Below, piece after piece: positions 37,006 to 45,391 of a DNA stretch of 45,391 nt (positions within the stretch are counted from its first letter, which is position 1; each line of letters begins with the position of its first letter). The notes beneath the pieces were generated by a model, which worked only from the letters and a program-made list of their open reading frames with translations, was not told the DNA's origin and searched no databases. This DNA is from Chitinophagia bacterium (GTDB taxonomy: Bacteria; Bacteroidota; Bacteroidia; Chitinophagales; Chitinophagaceae). The stretch lies in the NCBI GenBank assembly GCA_009922495.1, contig RFVQ01000001.1, forward strand, positions 1-45,391, read 5' to 3'. Both the position numbers and the translations under genes were made by a program.

Positions 37006-39516
37006 ATGTCGAAGGCAAAATTTGTGATGGATCCTGATCAGGAATCCGGTGTCACAGGCCAATATAAAAATTGGTTTTTGGAGTACGCGTCTTATGTGAT
37101 CCTGGAAAGGGCGGTACCGGAAGTGATGGATGGATTGAAGCCGGTCCAAAGAAGGATCCTGCATTCCATGAAGGAAATGGATGATGGTCGCCTGAACAAA
37201 GCCGCGAATATCATCGGTCAGACCATGCAATACCATCCTCATGGTGATGCCAGCATTCAGGATGCGCTGGTCAATTTGGGGCAAAAAGACCTGTTGATAG
37301 ACACCCAAGGAAATTGGGGAGATGTCCGGACCGGTGATGATGCAGCCGCCGCTCGTTACATTGAGGCAAGGCTTAGCAAGTTTGCTTTGGATGTTGCCTT
37401 CAATGCCAAGACCACACAATGGCAGTTGAGCTATGATGGTAGAAAAAAGGAGCCTGTCAACCTCCCGATGAAATTCCCTCTCTTGTTGGCACAAGGCGCA
37501 GAAGGCATTGCAGTAGGCCTGTCCACCAAAATTCTGCCTCACAATTTCAATGAGTTGATCGAGGCTTCCATCAAATGCCTCAAAGGCAAGAAATTTGAGC
37601 TCTATCCCGATTTTCAGACAGGGGGTATGATCGATACCAGTAATTACAATGATGGCAAAAGGGGAGGCCGGATCCGCTGCAGGGCCCATATCCAGGAGGT
37701 TGACAAGAAGTCAATCGTCATCAAGGATGTTCCCTATGGTGTTACCACGACACAATTGATGGAGTCCATTGTCAAAGCCAATGATCAGGGAAAAATAAAA
37801 ATCAAAAAAGTTACCGATAATACTGCTGCAGACGTAGAGATTCTGGTAGAACTGGCAGCAGGAATTTCATCCGACATTACCATTGATGCATTGTATGCCT
37901 TTACAGATTGCGAAACAAGCATTGCGCCCAATGCCTGTGTGATTGTTGACCAGAAGCCCCTGTTTCTGACCGTCACAGAACTGCTCAATATTTCCGTTAA
38001 CCATACCAGGGAATTGCTGAAACGGGAGTTGGAGATCAGGCTTTCAGAGTTGGAGGAAAAATGGCATTTCACCTCACTTGAAAAGATCTTCTTTGAAGAG
38101 AAGATTTACAAGGAGTTGGAAAAGAAACACGATGACTGGGAAACGGTGTTGAAGGCTATTCAAAAAGGGTTTGATCCTTTCAAGAAATATTTTAAAAAGG
38201 AAATTACAAGAGAGGACATCACCAAGTTGACAGAAAAGCCAGTCCGTCGTATTTATAAACTGGATATTGATGAGCTCAATCAACAGATCAAGGGCATTGA
38301 AGAGGAGATCCGTCAGGTCAAGCATGACCTGGAACACCTGACCGAATATGCCATCTCTTATTATGAGTCACTGCAACAGAAATATGGTAAGGGCAAAGAA
38401 AGAAAAACGGAGATAAAACCTTTCGATGTGATCCAGGCTCGTCAGGTGGCTATTGCGAATGTGCGCTTGTACATGAACAGGGCAGAGGGCTTTATTGGCA
38501 CGAGCCTCAAGAAAGATGAATTCATCACTGAGTGTTCCGATCTGGATGACATCATCGTTTTCACCAGAAGGGGTATCATGAAGGTGGTCAAAGTGGATGA
38601 CAAAGTATACATTGGAAAAGATATTATCCATGCAGCTGTCTTTCAGAAGAATGACGAGCGGAATACCTATAACATGATCTATACGGATGGAGCCTCAGGC
38701 ATCTCATTTGCGAAGAGGTTCAATGTGACAGGGGTAACACGTGACAAAGAATATGATCTTACGAAAGGTTCGGATAAATCCAAGGTCAATTATTTCACTG
38801 CCAATCCCAATGGAGAAGCAGAGTCGGTCAACATTGTATTGAGTCCCAATTGCAGCGCCAGAAACAAACAGTTGGAATTCTTTTTTGAAACACTGGACAT
38901 CAAAGGGCGTAGTTCCATTGGAAACCAGGTGACCAAATATCCCATCAAGACAGTTAAACTGGAGGAAGCAGGAAAGTCAACGCTCGGTGGCCGGGATATA
39001 TGGTTCGACGATACTTTCGGCAGACTCAATGTAGATGGAAAGGGTATACTGCTCGGAAGTTTCCTTCCCGATGATCAGTTGCTTGTCATTTACCATCAGG
39101 GCTATTACGAGATTACCCATCAGGAATTCACCCAGCGATTTGATACGGATTCGCTGATCCGAATTGAAAAATTTGATCCCAAAAAAATTGTTACGGCTGT
39201 CTATCTTGACAATGATAAACTTCAGTTCAATGTCAAAAGATTCAAGATTGAGACAACCACTTTGAACAATAAATTCTTTTTTATCAAGGAGGCTGAAGGC
39301 AATTACGTAGAAGCCGTTACTACCGAAAAGGATCCCATAGCCCTGATTCGTTCCGGCAGAGGATCCCAGGTCAGGGAATCCAAAATTAAAGTGGGTGACT
39401 TCGTGGAAGTAATGGGATGGAAAGCGGTTGGAAACAAGTTGACTGATTTTTCAAAGAGTACGGAAATAAGCTGGTTTCCGCAGGAAGGAGATACCAAACA
39501 AACTCAATTGTTTTAG
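37006..39516 (+). CDS. parC: DNA topoisomerase IV subunit A
   Basis: DGLKPVQRRIL, YHPHGD, QGNWG, AAARYIE (catalytic Tyr), GIAVG; no GyrA box seen. Confidence 0.92.
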   Translation: MSKAKFVMDPDQESGVTGQYKNWFLEYASYVILERAVPEVMDGLKPVQRRILHSMKEMDDGRLNKAANIIGQTMQYHPHGDASIQDALVNLGQKDLLIDTQGNWGDVRTGDDAAAARYIEARLSKFALDVAFNAKTTQWQLSYDGRKKEPVNLPMKFPLLLAQGAEGIAVGLSTKILPHNFNELIEASIKCLKGKKFELYPDFQTGGMIDTSNYNDGKRGGRIRCRAHIQEVDKKSIVIKDVPYGVTTTQLMESIVKANDQGKIKIKKVTDNTAADVEILVELAAGISSDITIDALYAFTDCETSIAPNACVIVDQKPLFLTVTELLNISVNHTRELLKRELEIRLSELEEKWHFTSLEKIFFEEKIYKELEKKHDDWETVLKAIQKGFDPFKKYFKKEITREDITKLTEKPVRRIYKLDIDELNQQIKGIEEEIRQVKHDLEHLTEYAISYYESLQQKYGKGKERKTEIKPFDVIQARQVAIANVRLYMNRAEGFIGTSLKKDEFITECSDLDDIIVFTRRGIMKVVKVDDKVYIGKDIIHAAVFQKNDERNTYNMIYTDGASGISFAKRFNVTGVTRDKEYDLTKGSDKSKVNYFTANPNGEAESVNIVLSPNCSARNKQLEFFFETLDIKGRSSIGNQVTKYPIKTVKLEEAGKSTLGGRDIWFDDTFGRLNVDGKGILLGSFLPDDQLLVIYHQGYYEITHQEFTQRFDTDSLIRIEKFDPKKIVTAVYLDNDKLQFNVKRFKIETTTLNNKFFFIKEAEGNYVEAVTTEKDPIALIRSGRGSQVRESKIKVGDFVEVMGWKAVGNKLTDFSKSTEISWFPQEGDTKQTQLF

Positions 39517-39567
39517 CCTGACAACCAGTTCATTGTGTGCTGCAACCCGGGTTTGACAGGGATGCCA

Positions 39568-39575
39568 TATATTTG
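39568..39575 (+). promoter_or_regulatory. -7 promoter element TATATTTG of accD
   Basis: Exact TAnnTTTG 24 nt before ATG 39600. Confidence 0.6.
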
Positions 39576-39599
39576 TATTTCAAATTCAATTTTTATCCA

Positions 39600-40517
39600 A
39601 TGCCTTTCAAAAGAGAAGAGGATTTCAACGCTCAATTGTCGGGTTCCCTGCCAGAACCAGAAACGGGTTCCAACAGTTGGTTCAAAAGGCGAAAAAAGGG
39701 CATCAGCACCTCAACGGCTGAAAAGAAAGAAGCCCCCGATGGCTTGTGGTCTCAATGTCCCTCCTGTAAATATACCTGTACTACTACTGAACTGAAAGAG
39801 AACCTTTCCGTATGTCCCAAATGCAACCACCACCATAGAATTGGGAGTGCGGAATATTTTGAGATTCTTTTTGATGATCAGGATTATGAAGAATTGTTTG
39901 CCGAAGTCAAGTCAATTGATTTTCTCGGCTTCAATGACCTTAAGCCATACAAAAAAAGACTGGACGAGGCTTATGCCAAAACAGGCCTGCATGACTCCAT
40001 AACTGCCGCAAAAGGCAAAGTAGGTGGATATCCATTGGTCGTATGTTGCATGGATTTCAATTTCATTGGTGGGTCACTGGGTAGTGTCATGGGAGAAAAG
40101 ATTGCAAGGGCAGCCGATCATTGTCTGACCCATCGCATTCCTTTCATGATCATCAGCAAGAGCGGAGGCGCCAGGATGATGGAATCTGCCTTCTCGCTGA
40201 TGCAACTCCCCAAAACAATCGGAAAGATCAGTCGGCTTTCTGTAGCAGGAATACCCTATATCTCGCTGTGTACAGACCCTACCTATGGAGGCACTACCGC
40301 CTCATTTGCCATGGTGGGAGACATCAACATCGGCGAACCTGGGGCCATGATCGGATTTGCTGGTCCGCGTGTCATCAAAGAAACCATCAAGCGAGATCTG
40401 CCAGAAGGTTTTCAAACATCCGAGTTTGTGATGGATCATGGGTTTCTGGATATGATCGTAGACCGAAAGCAGCTGAAAGCTCGTCTTTCGGCACTACTGG
40501 GGCTTTTCGCCAGTTAA
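39600..40517 (+). CDS. accD: Acetyl-CoA carboxylase carboxyltransferase beta subunit
   Basis: C4 zinc finger CPSC...CPKC, GGSLG, SGGARMME, GFAGPRVI, HGFLD. Start moved to ATG 39600. Confidence 0.96.
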   Translation: MPFKREEDFNAQLSGSLPEPETGSNSWFKRRKKGISTSTAEKKEAPDGLWSQCPSCKYTCTTTELKENLSVCPKCNHHHRIGSAEYFEILFDDQDYEELFAEVKSIDFLGFNDLKPYKKRLDEAYAKTGLHDSITAAKGKVGGYPLVVCCMDFNFIGGSLGSVMGEKIARAADHCLTHRIPFMIISKSGGARMMESAFSLMQLPKTIGKISRLSVAGIPYISLCTDPTYGGTTASFAMVGDINIGEPGAMIGFAGPRVIKETIKRDLPEGFQTSEFVMDHGFLDMIVDRKQLKARLSALLGLFAS

Positions 40518-40550
40518 CAAAACCCTCTGCGGGGCAGTTCCCGTTATACC

Positions 40551-40985
40551 ATGGAAATTAGAAACAGGACCGCCACCTTTGAGTATTTCATCGAAGACAG
40601 ATTCGATGCAGGAATGGTTTTGACGGGTACGGAAGTGAAAGCACTCAGAGAAGGAAAGGCCAGTTTCAACGACAGTTATTGTTTGATGGACCATGGTGAA
40701 TTGTACATCAAGGGGCTTCATATTTCCCCTTATTCTCATGGGAGTTATGCCAATCATGCTCCAACCCGGGATCGAAAACTATTGCTCAAGAAAAAGGAGA
40801 TCAACAAGATTGTCCAAAAGCTCAAAGAAAAGGGCTATACCATCATTCCTTTAAAGATTTATTTCAGTGACAGAGGATTTGCCAAAATACAGATTGGTTT
40901 GGGCAAAGGCAAGAAATTACACGACAAGCGGGAAACAATAAAAGAGAGAGAAACAGAAAGGGAGATAAAGCGTTACTTGAAATAG
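40551..40985 (+). CDS. smpB: SsrA-binding protein
   Basis: AGMVLTGTEVKALR, RKLLL, GKGKKLHDKR. Confidence 0.97.
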   Translation: MEIRNRTATFEYFIEDRFDAGMVLTGTEVKALREGKASFNDSYCLMDHGELYIKGLHISPYSHGSYANHAPTRDRKLLLKKKEINKIVQKLKEKGYTIIPLKIYFSDRGFAKIQIGLGKGKKLHDKRETIKERETEREIKRYLK

Positions 40986-41068
40986 CCATTTTCAACGCAG
41001 GACTTGATTTTTTGAGGATCAAGCAATATTTTTTTGGTTTTGTTGACAGATTTCATCACTTTTGAGCC

Positions 41069-41122
41069 ATGACAAAAATTATCACAAATAACGGTTGGCA
41101 CCATATCTCAAAAAAGGGGTAG
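41069..41122 (+). CDS. Putative trp operon leader peptide (17 aa); not in the ORF track
   Basis: MTKIITNNGWHHISKKG* lies just upstream of a terminator preceding trpE and has one Trp codon. Confidence 0.75.
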   Translation: MTKIITNNGWHHISKKG

Positions 41123-41180
41123 TGCTTGTTATTTGTTAACATAAACGAAGCCCCGATGATATCGGGGCTTTTTCATTTTT
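41084..41180 (+). promoter_or_regulatory. trp attenuator (protector / antiterminator / terminator)
   Basis: Terminator AAGCCCCGAT-GAT-ATCGGGGCTT-TTT (41148-41173). An 11-bp helix pairs 41084-41094 with 41126-41136. GGGGT (41116-41120) can alternatively pair with GCCCC (41150-41154). Confidence 0.8.
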
Positions 41181-41189
41181 AAATGTTCC

Positions 41190-42644
41190 ATGATGGATAC
41201 GCCAGGAAAAATAAAATTGACCACGTCCGTAAAAAAAATGCCGGCAGACCTCTACACCCCTGTCGGTATCTACTTAAGGCTGCGTGACAAATTCAGGGAT
41301 ACAATTCTGTTGGAAAGTGCAGATCATCACTCTGCGGAAAATAGCTTTTCCTTCATTGGTATCAATGCAATCGGTGGTATTGAAATCAAAACAGGCAATG
41401 AAGTTGAGTACAAGTACCCCTTGCAGAAAGAGGTGAAACTTTCTCTCAGTGACAGCAATGTCCCTTCATTGATCTGGGATTACATGAATGGGTACCAGGT
41501 TTCCAAGGGTGAGAAAGAAACAAGATTTGCGCAAGGTTTATTTGGGTACACTGCCTATGATGCGATTCCGTATTTTGAGAATATCCAATTTCAAGACAGG
41601 CCCTATCAAACAATTGAATCAAATACAATCAGTACAAAAGACAGCGCTATCCCAGTGCTTCGTTACCGGTTGTATCAGTATGTGATCGCGATCGATCATT
41701 TCAGAGACCAACTGTATCTCCTTGAAAACAAAGTAGAGGGGTTGCAGGGAGATGCACAATTCCTGGAAAACCTGATTCACGGTCGCGATCTGCCTCAATT
41801 CCCTTTTGCAACAACTGCAGCGGAAACATCCACCATGACAGACGATGAGTATGTAGCAATGGTTAAAAAAGGAATTGCGCACTGTTATCGTGGTGATGTG
41901 TTCCAAATTGTATTGAGCAGACGATTTCAACAGGCATTCAAAGGCGATGAATTCAATGTTTACAGGGCCTTGCGCATGATCAATCCATCTCCCTATCTTT
42001 TTTATTTCGATTACGGTGAGTACAAGCTGATGGGGTCTTCCCCTGAAAGTCAATTGATCGTATCTGCCGGGAAAGCAACAGTGCATCCGATCGCCGGTAC
42101 CTTCAAGAGGACAGGCGATGATGCTTTGGATCGAAAAGAAGCAGAAAGATTGCTGCAGGATCCAAAAGAGAATGCGGAGCATGTCATGCTGGTGGATCTG
42201 GCCAGAAATGACCTGAGCAGGATTTGTGACCACGTGAGCGTTTCCCATTACAGAGAAGTGAAATACTATTCACATGTGATTCACTTGGTGAGCGAAGTCA
42301 TTGGCAGCGTCAGGCAAGGAGAAAATCCTTTCAACGTCATGGCCAAAACCTTTCCTGCCGGCACACTGAGTGGTGCACCCAAATACAAAGCCATGGAATT
42401 GATTGACCAGTATGAAAAGACACCAAGGTCTTTCTATGGCGGAGCAATAGGATTCGTAGGGTTTGATGGCTCCTGTAACCAAGCCATCCTCATCCGCAGT
42501 TTCCTCAGCAAAAACAATACGCTTTTCTGCCAGGCTGGTGCAGGGGTGGTGGCATCCAGTGTACCGGAAAGTGAATTGCAGGAAGTAAACAACAAATTAG
42601 GCGCTTTGAAAAAAGCCATTGAATACGCAAATCAGATCCATTGA
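41190..42644 (+). CDS. trpE: Anthranilate synthase component I
   Basis: LLES, GDVFQIVLS, NPSPY, GSSPE, PIAGT, EHVMLVDLARND, PAGTLSGAPK, QAGAGVV. Confidence 0.96.
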   Translation: MMDTPGKIKLTTSVKKMPADLYTPVGIYLRLRDKFRDTILLESADHHSAENSFSFIGINAIGGIEIKTGNEVEYKYPLQKEVKLSLSDSNVPSLIWDYMNGYQVSKGEKETRFAQGLFGYTAYDAIPYFENIQFQDRPYQTIESNTISTKDSAIPVLRYRLYQYVIAIDHFRDQLYLLENKVEGLQGDAQFLENLIHGRDLPQFPFATTAAETSTMTDDEYVAMVKKGIAHCYRGDVFQIVLSRRFQQAFKGDEFNVYRALRMINPSPYLFYFDYGEYKLMGSSPESQLIVSAGKATVHPIAGTFKRTGDDALDRKEAERLLQDPKENAEHVMLVDLARNDLSRICDHVSVSHYREVKYYSHVIHLVSEVIGSVRQGENPFNVMAKTFPAGTLSGAPKYKAMELIDQYEKTPRSFYGGAIGFVGFDGSCNQAILIRSFLSKNNTLFCQAGAGVVASSVPESELQEVNNKLGALKKAIEYANQIH

Positions 42645-43228
42645 AAAAGTTATTGGTCCTAGACAACTATGATTCATTTACCTATAACCTGGTTCACCTG
42701 GCAAAGGAGATCCTGGAAGAGGAGATTGATGTATTCAGAAATGATGAGATCACCATTGATGAAGCAAGCAAGTATGAGAAGATTTTGCTTTCCCCGGGTC
42801 CAGGTATACCAGAAGAAGCAGGAATTCTTCTCCCCCTTATAAAGGCATTGTCTCCCACACATTCCATCCTGGGTGTTTGCCTGGGACACCAGGCAATCGG
42901 ACAGGTCTTTGGCGGTACCCTGACCAATCTTTCCAAAGTATACCATGGGGTAGCTACAACCATTGAGATCGAACCCCATCTTGAACCCTCTGTCGAGAAA
43001 AATGATTGGTTCATCGGTCTTGATCAACGTCAAATGGTAGGAAGATATCATAGTTGGGTGGTTAATGCTGAAGCATTGCCGGAAGAACTCAAAGTGACTT
43101 CGAAAGATGCGCTTGGCATGATCATGTCCTTGCGGCACAAAACCTTTGATGTACAGGGAGTTCAATTTCATCCGGAAAGTGTTCTCACCGAGAATGGGCG
43201 TCAAATGCTTGAAAATTGGCTAAAGTAA
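42641..43228 (+). CDS. trpG: Anthranilate synthase component II
   Basis: DNYDSFTYNL, SPGPG, GVCLGHQ, RYHS, QFHPES; TTG start overlaps the trpE stop (TTGA). Confidence 0.96.
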   Translation: MKKLLVLDNYDSFTYNLVHLAKEILEEEIDVFRNDEITIDEASKYEKILLSPGPGIPEEAGILLPLIKALSPTHSILGVCLGHQAIGQVFGGTLTNLSKVYHGVATTIEIEPHLEPSVEKNDWFIGLDQRQMVGRYHSWVVNAEALPEELKVTSKDALGMIMSLRHKTFDVQGVQFHPESVLTENGRQMLENWLK

Positions 43229-43253
43229 ACCCAACAACATTAATTTATTTCTC

Positions 43254-44258
43254 ATGAAGAAGATACTCAATTACCTTTTTGAACACAAGACCCTGGGTCG
43301 TGAAGATGCCAGGGAGATATTGTTAGACCTTGGAAAAGGAGCCTTCAATGAACACGAGTTGAGTGCCTTCATGACCGTGTATCTGATGCGAACCATCACC
43401 ATTGATGAACTGTTGGGTTTTCGTGATGCCTTGCTGGAATTATCCGTTCCATTGCGCTTTCCTGATCACCAGGTAATCGATATCGTGGGTACCGGTGGTG
43501 ATGGTAAAAATACTTTCAATATCTCTACACTTTCCTGTTTCATTGTTGCAGGAGCCGGACAATCCGTTGCCAAACATGGTAGCTATGGAGCAAGCTCCAT
43601 CAGCGGAGCGTCCAATTTGATGGGTGCCATAGGATATGAATTCAAAAATGATCAGGATCTTCTGAGAAGAGAATTGGAAGTATCCAACCTTTGCTTTTTG
43701 CATGCACCGGTTTTTCATCCTGCCCTCAAAGCAGTTGCGCCCATTAGAAAAAATCTTCGTGTGAGGACTTTTTTCAACCTGCTTGGCCCTATGGTAAATC
43801 CCTGTGATCCTGAATTTCAACTGGTTGGGGTCTATAACCTGGAAATTGCAAGGATCTACAACTACCTGCTTCAGTCAGGGAAAAGAAAATTTGCGATCGT
43901 TCATTCATTGGATGGATATGATGAAATATCCCTCACTTCTGATGTCAAGCTCATTACAGAGGAAGGAGAAAAAATGTTTACTGCGGATCAATTGGGAGGC
44001 ATGAGCATTGATGGAATTGAGATCAGTGGGGGAGAAACGGTTGAAGAGGCGGCGAAAATCTTCATGAACATATTGAACGGGGATGGCACAAAATCCCAGA
44101 ATGCGGTAGTTTGTGCCAATGCTGCCATGGCGCTTTACCTGACCGGGAAGTTTGGCGATTATGATGCATCTTTTGCTGCGGCAAAAGAAAGTTTGGAAAG
44201 CAAAAAGGCGCTGGATGTGCTGAAAAAATTATTGACGCTTCAATCCCAAAAGCAATGA
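43254..44258 (+). CDS. trpD: Anthranilate phosphoribosyltransferase
   Basis: DIVGTGGDG..TFNIST, KHG, RTFFNLLGP, DGYDEIS. Confidence 0.97.
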   Translation: MKKILNYLFEHKTLGREDAREILLDLGKGAFNEHELSAFMTVYLMRTITIDELLGFRDALLELSVPLRFPDHQVIDIVGTGGDGKNTFNISTLSCFIVAGAGQSVAKHGSYGASSISGASNLMGAIGYEFKNDQDLLRRELEVSNLCFLHAPVFHPALKAVAPIRKNLRVRTFFNLLGPMVNPCDPEFQLVGVYNLEIARIYNYLLQSGKRKFAIVHSLDGYDEISLTSDVKLITEEGEKMFTADQLGGMSIDGIEISGGETVEEAAKIFMNILNGDGTKSQNAVVCANAAMALYLTGKFGDYDASFAAAKESLESKKALDVLKKLLTLQSQKQ

Positions 44259-45034
44259 ACATCTTGCAAAGAATAGTGGAAAGAAAAAGGGTTGAGGTAG
44301 CCGAAAGGAAAATATCCAATCCTATCGAAAAACTGAAAGATACAGCATTGTATCAACGACAGATCTTCTCGCTCGTGGAGGGATTGCAAAAAAATAATGC
44401 TTCAGGCATCATAGCAGAATTCAAACGAAAATCTCCCTCAAAGGGAATCATCAATGACCGGGTCGATCCCATAAAAGTGACCGAAGGGTATCAAAATGCA
44501 GGAGCTTCTGCTGTTTCCATATTAACCGATGCTGATTTTTTTGGCGGTTCAGAAAAAGATTTGATGGCATGCAGAGCGGTACTGGATATCCCCATTTTGA
44601 GAAAGGATTTTGTGGTTGATCGATACCAGCTGTATGAGGCAAAGGCTATCGGGGCAGATCTTGTGCTGCTGATTGCGGCCTGTTTAACTCCTGAAGAGGT
44701 TCTTGATCTTTCCGCAGAGGCCCATGCTATCGGATTGGAAGTATTGCTGGAACTGCATGATGAAGACGAATTGAACCATGTTGCAAAGGATGTGGATCTC
44801 GTGGGCATCAACAATCGAAGTTTGAAAACCTTTGATGTGGATATAGAAAGAAGCCTCCGCATGGCAGCTTCTATTCCTGGCACCATGCCCAAGGTTGCTG
44901 AAAGCGGAATTGATGATCCTGCACAAATAAGGATATTCAAAGAAAACGGATACAAGGCATTTTTGATTGGAGAAAACTTCATGAAGAGAGAGGATCCCGG
45001 AAAGGCTTTGAAAGAATTTATTGATAATATTTGA
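44255..45034 (+). CDS. trpC: Indole-3-glycerol phosphate synthase
   Basis: IAEFKRKSPSKG, SILTD, LRKDF, GINNR.L, AESGI, LIGE. Confidence 0.97.
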   Translation: MNILQRIVERKRVEVAERKISNPIEKLKDTALYQRQIFSLVEGLQKNNASGIIAEFKRKSPSKGIINDRVDPIKVTEGYQNAGASAVSILTDADFFGGSEKDLMACRAVLDIPILRKDFVVDRYQLYEAKAIGADLVLLIAACLTPEEVLDLSAEAHAIGLEVLLELHDEDELNHVAKDVDLVGINNRSLKTFDVDIERSLRMAASIPGTMPKVAESGIDDPAQIRIFKENGYKAFLIGENFMKREDPGKALKEFIDNI

Positions 45035-45040
45035 ATGGAA

Positions 45041-45391
45041 ATGAAGATAAAAGTATGTGGCATGACGAAGTTGGAGCAGCTCAAGGAGCTGGATGAGATC
45101 GGAATCGATTTCACAGGACTTATCTTTTATCAAAAATCTCCGCGGTATGTACTCAATTCAGCATTGACCCCATCGGATCTCAAAAAAGAGAATCTCAAGA
45201 TCAAAAAGGTAGGTGTCTTTGTGAATGAAACGGTAGAAACGGTATTGAACATTGTTGAGGAATGGGGTCTTGATTTTGTTCAGTTGCACGGAGATGAATC
45301 ACCGGTATATTGTGAAGCAATATCAAAGCATGTTAATGTTATCAAGGCTTTTAGGATAGGAAACCATGAAAACATACTGGAATTGACACAG
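45041..45391 (+). CDS. trpF: Phosphoribosylanthranilate isomerase, 3'-truncated; not in the ORF track
   Basis: Manual translation: MKIKVCGMTK...GLIFYQKSPRYV...VGVFVNE...VQLHGDESP...IKAFR. Runs off the window edge. Alternative start at 45035. Confidence 0.95.
   Translation, partial: MKIKVCGMTKLEQLKELDEIGIDFTGLIFYQKSPRYVLNSALTPSDLKKENLKIKKVGVFVNETVETVLNIVEEWGLDFVQLHGDESPVYCEAISKHVNVIKAFRIGNHENILELTQ

Noticed and set aside
36880-37689. 269-aa antisense ORF across DUF1835-like/parC, and similar shadows in rpoA, aconitase, M42, trpE and trpC
   Set aside because: Explained by codon-bias mirror frames of well-supported genes; no independent evidence.
34269-39516. gyrB/gyrA assignment
   Set aside because: No GyrA box seen, and the sequence style (GLNGVG, QGNWG, ARYIE) fits Bacteroidota ParE/ParC.
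40986-41056. tmRNA (ssrA) next to smpB
   Set aside because: The spacer is far too short and lacks tRNA-like ends; it holds only a weak hairpin (41003-41023) and the trp promoter.
1-45391. CRISPR arrays, IS elements, tRNA/rRNA genes, defence systems
   Set aside because: No spaced direct repeats, transposase or integrase ORFs, or cloverleaf/rRNA signatures seen; all spacers are short and largely accounted for.

Overview
A 45.4 kb core-chromosome segment from a Bacteroidota bacterium, most likely Chitinophagaceae-like. This is inferred from TAnnTTTG promoters, scarce Shine-Dalgarno motifs, a mitochondrial-type aconitase, PorQ and Bacteroidota-type ParE/ParC. It is densely packed housekeeping DNA. 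In order: a 5'-truncated TonB-dependent receptor, an esterase, tgt, infA-rpmJ-rpsM-rpsK-rpsD-rpoA-rplQ, carA-aroQ, a BNR-repeat glycosyl hydrolase-like protein, aconitase, a PspC-like protein, kdsA, tdh-like/TlpA/MsrC, parA-parB-DUF5683-dapB-Rrf2, a metallophosphoesterase, two outer-membrane proteins, lon, porQ, an M42 peptidase, a LuxE-like enzyme, surE-lpxB, an XRE-S24 (non-canonical LexA-like) repressor, parE-DUF1835-parC, accD, smpB and trpEGDCF (3'-truncated). I found no mobile element, prophage, CRISPR array, tRNA or rRNA, and no clearly new multi-gene system. The ORF track missed four coding regions: rpmJ, a 55-aa DUF6728-like protein, a 17-aa trp leader peptide and partial trpF. The best leads are regulatory: a single-Trp (W-H-H) and apparently leaderless trp attenuator; a CTAA-N5-TTAG SOS-type operator at the LexA-like gene next to Topo IV genes with paired DnaA-like boxes; a sigma54-type lon promoter; a symmetric bidirectional promoter; recurrent leaderless genes; hairpins in the alpha-operon spacers; a candidate sRNA after lon; and a Tgt lacking all four zinc ligands. 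All family calls come from motif recognition, not database searches.
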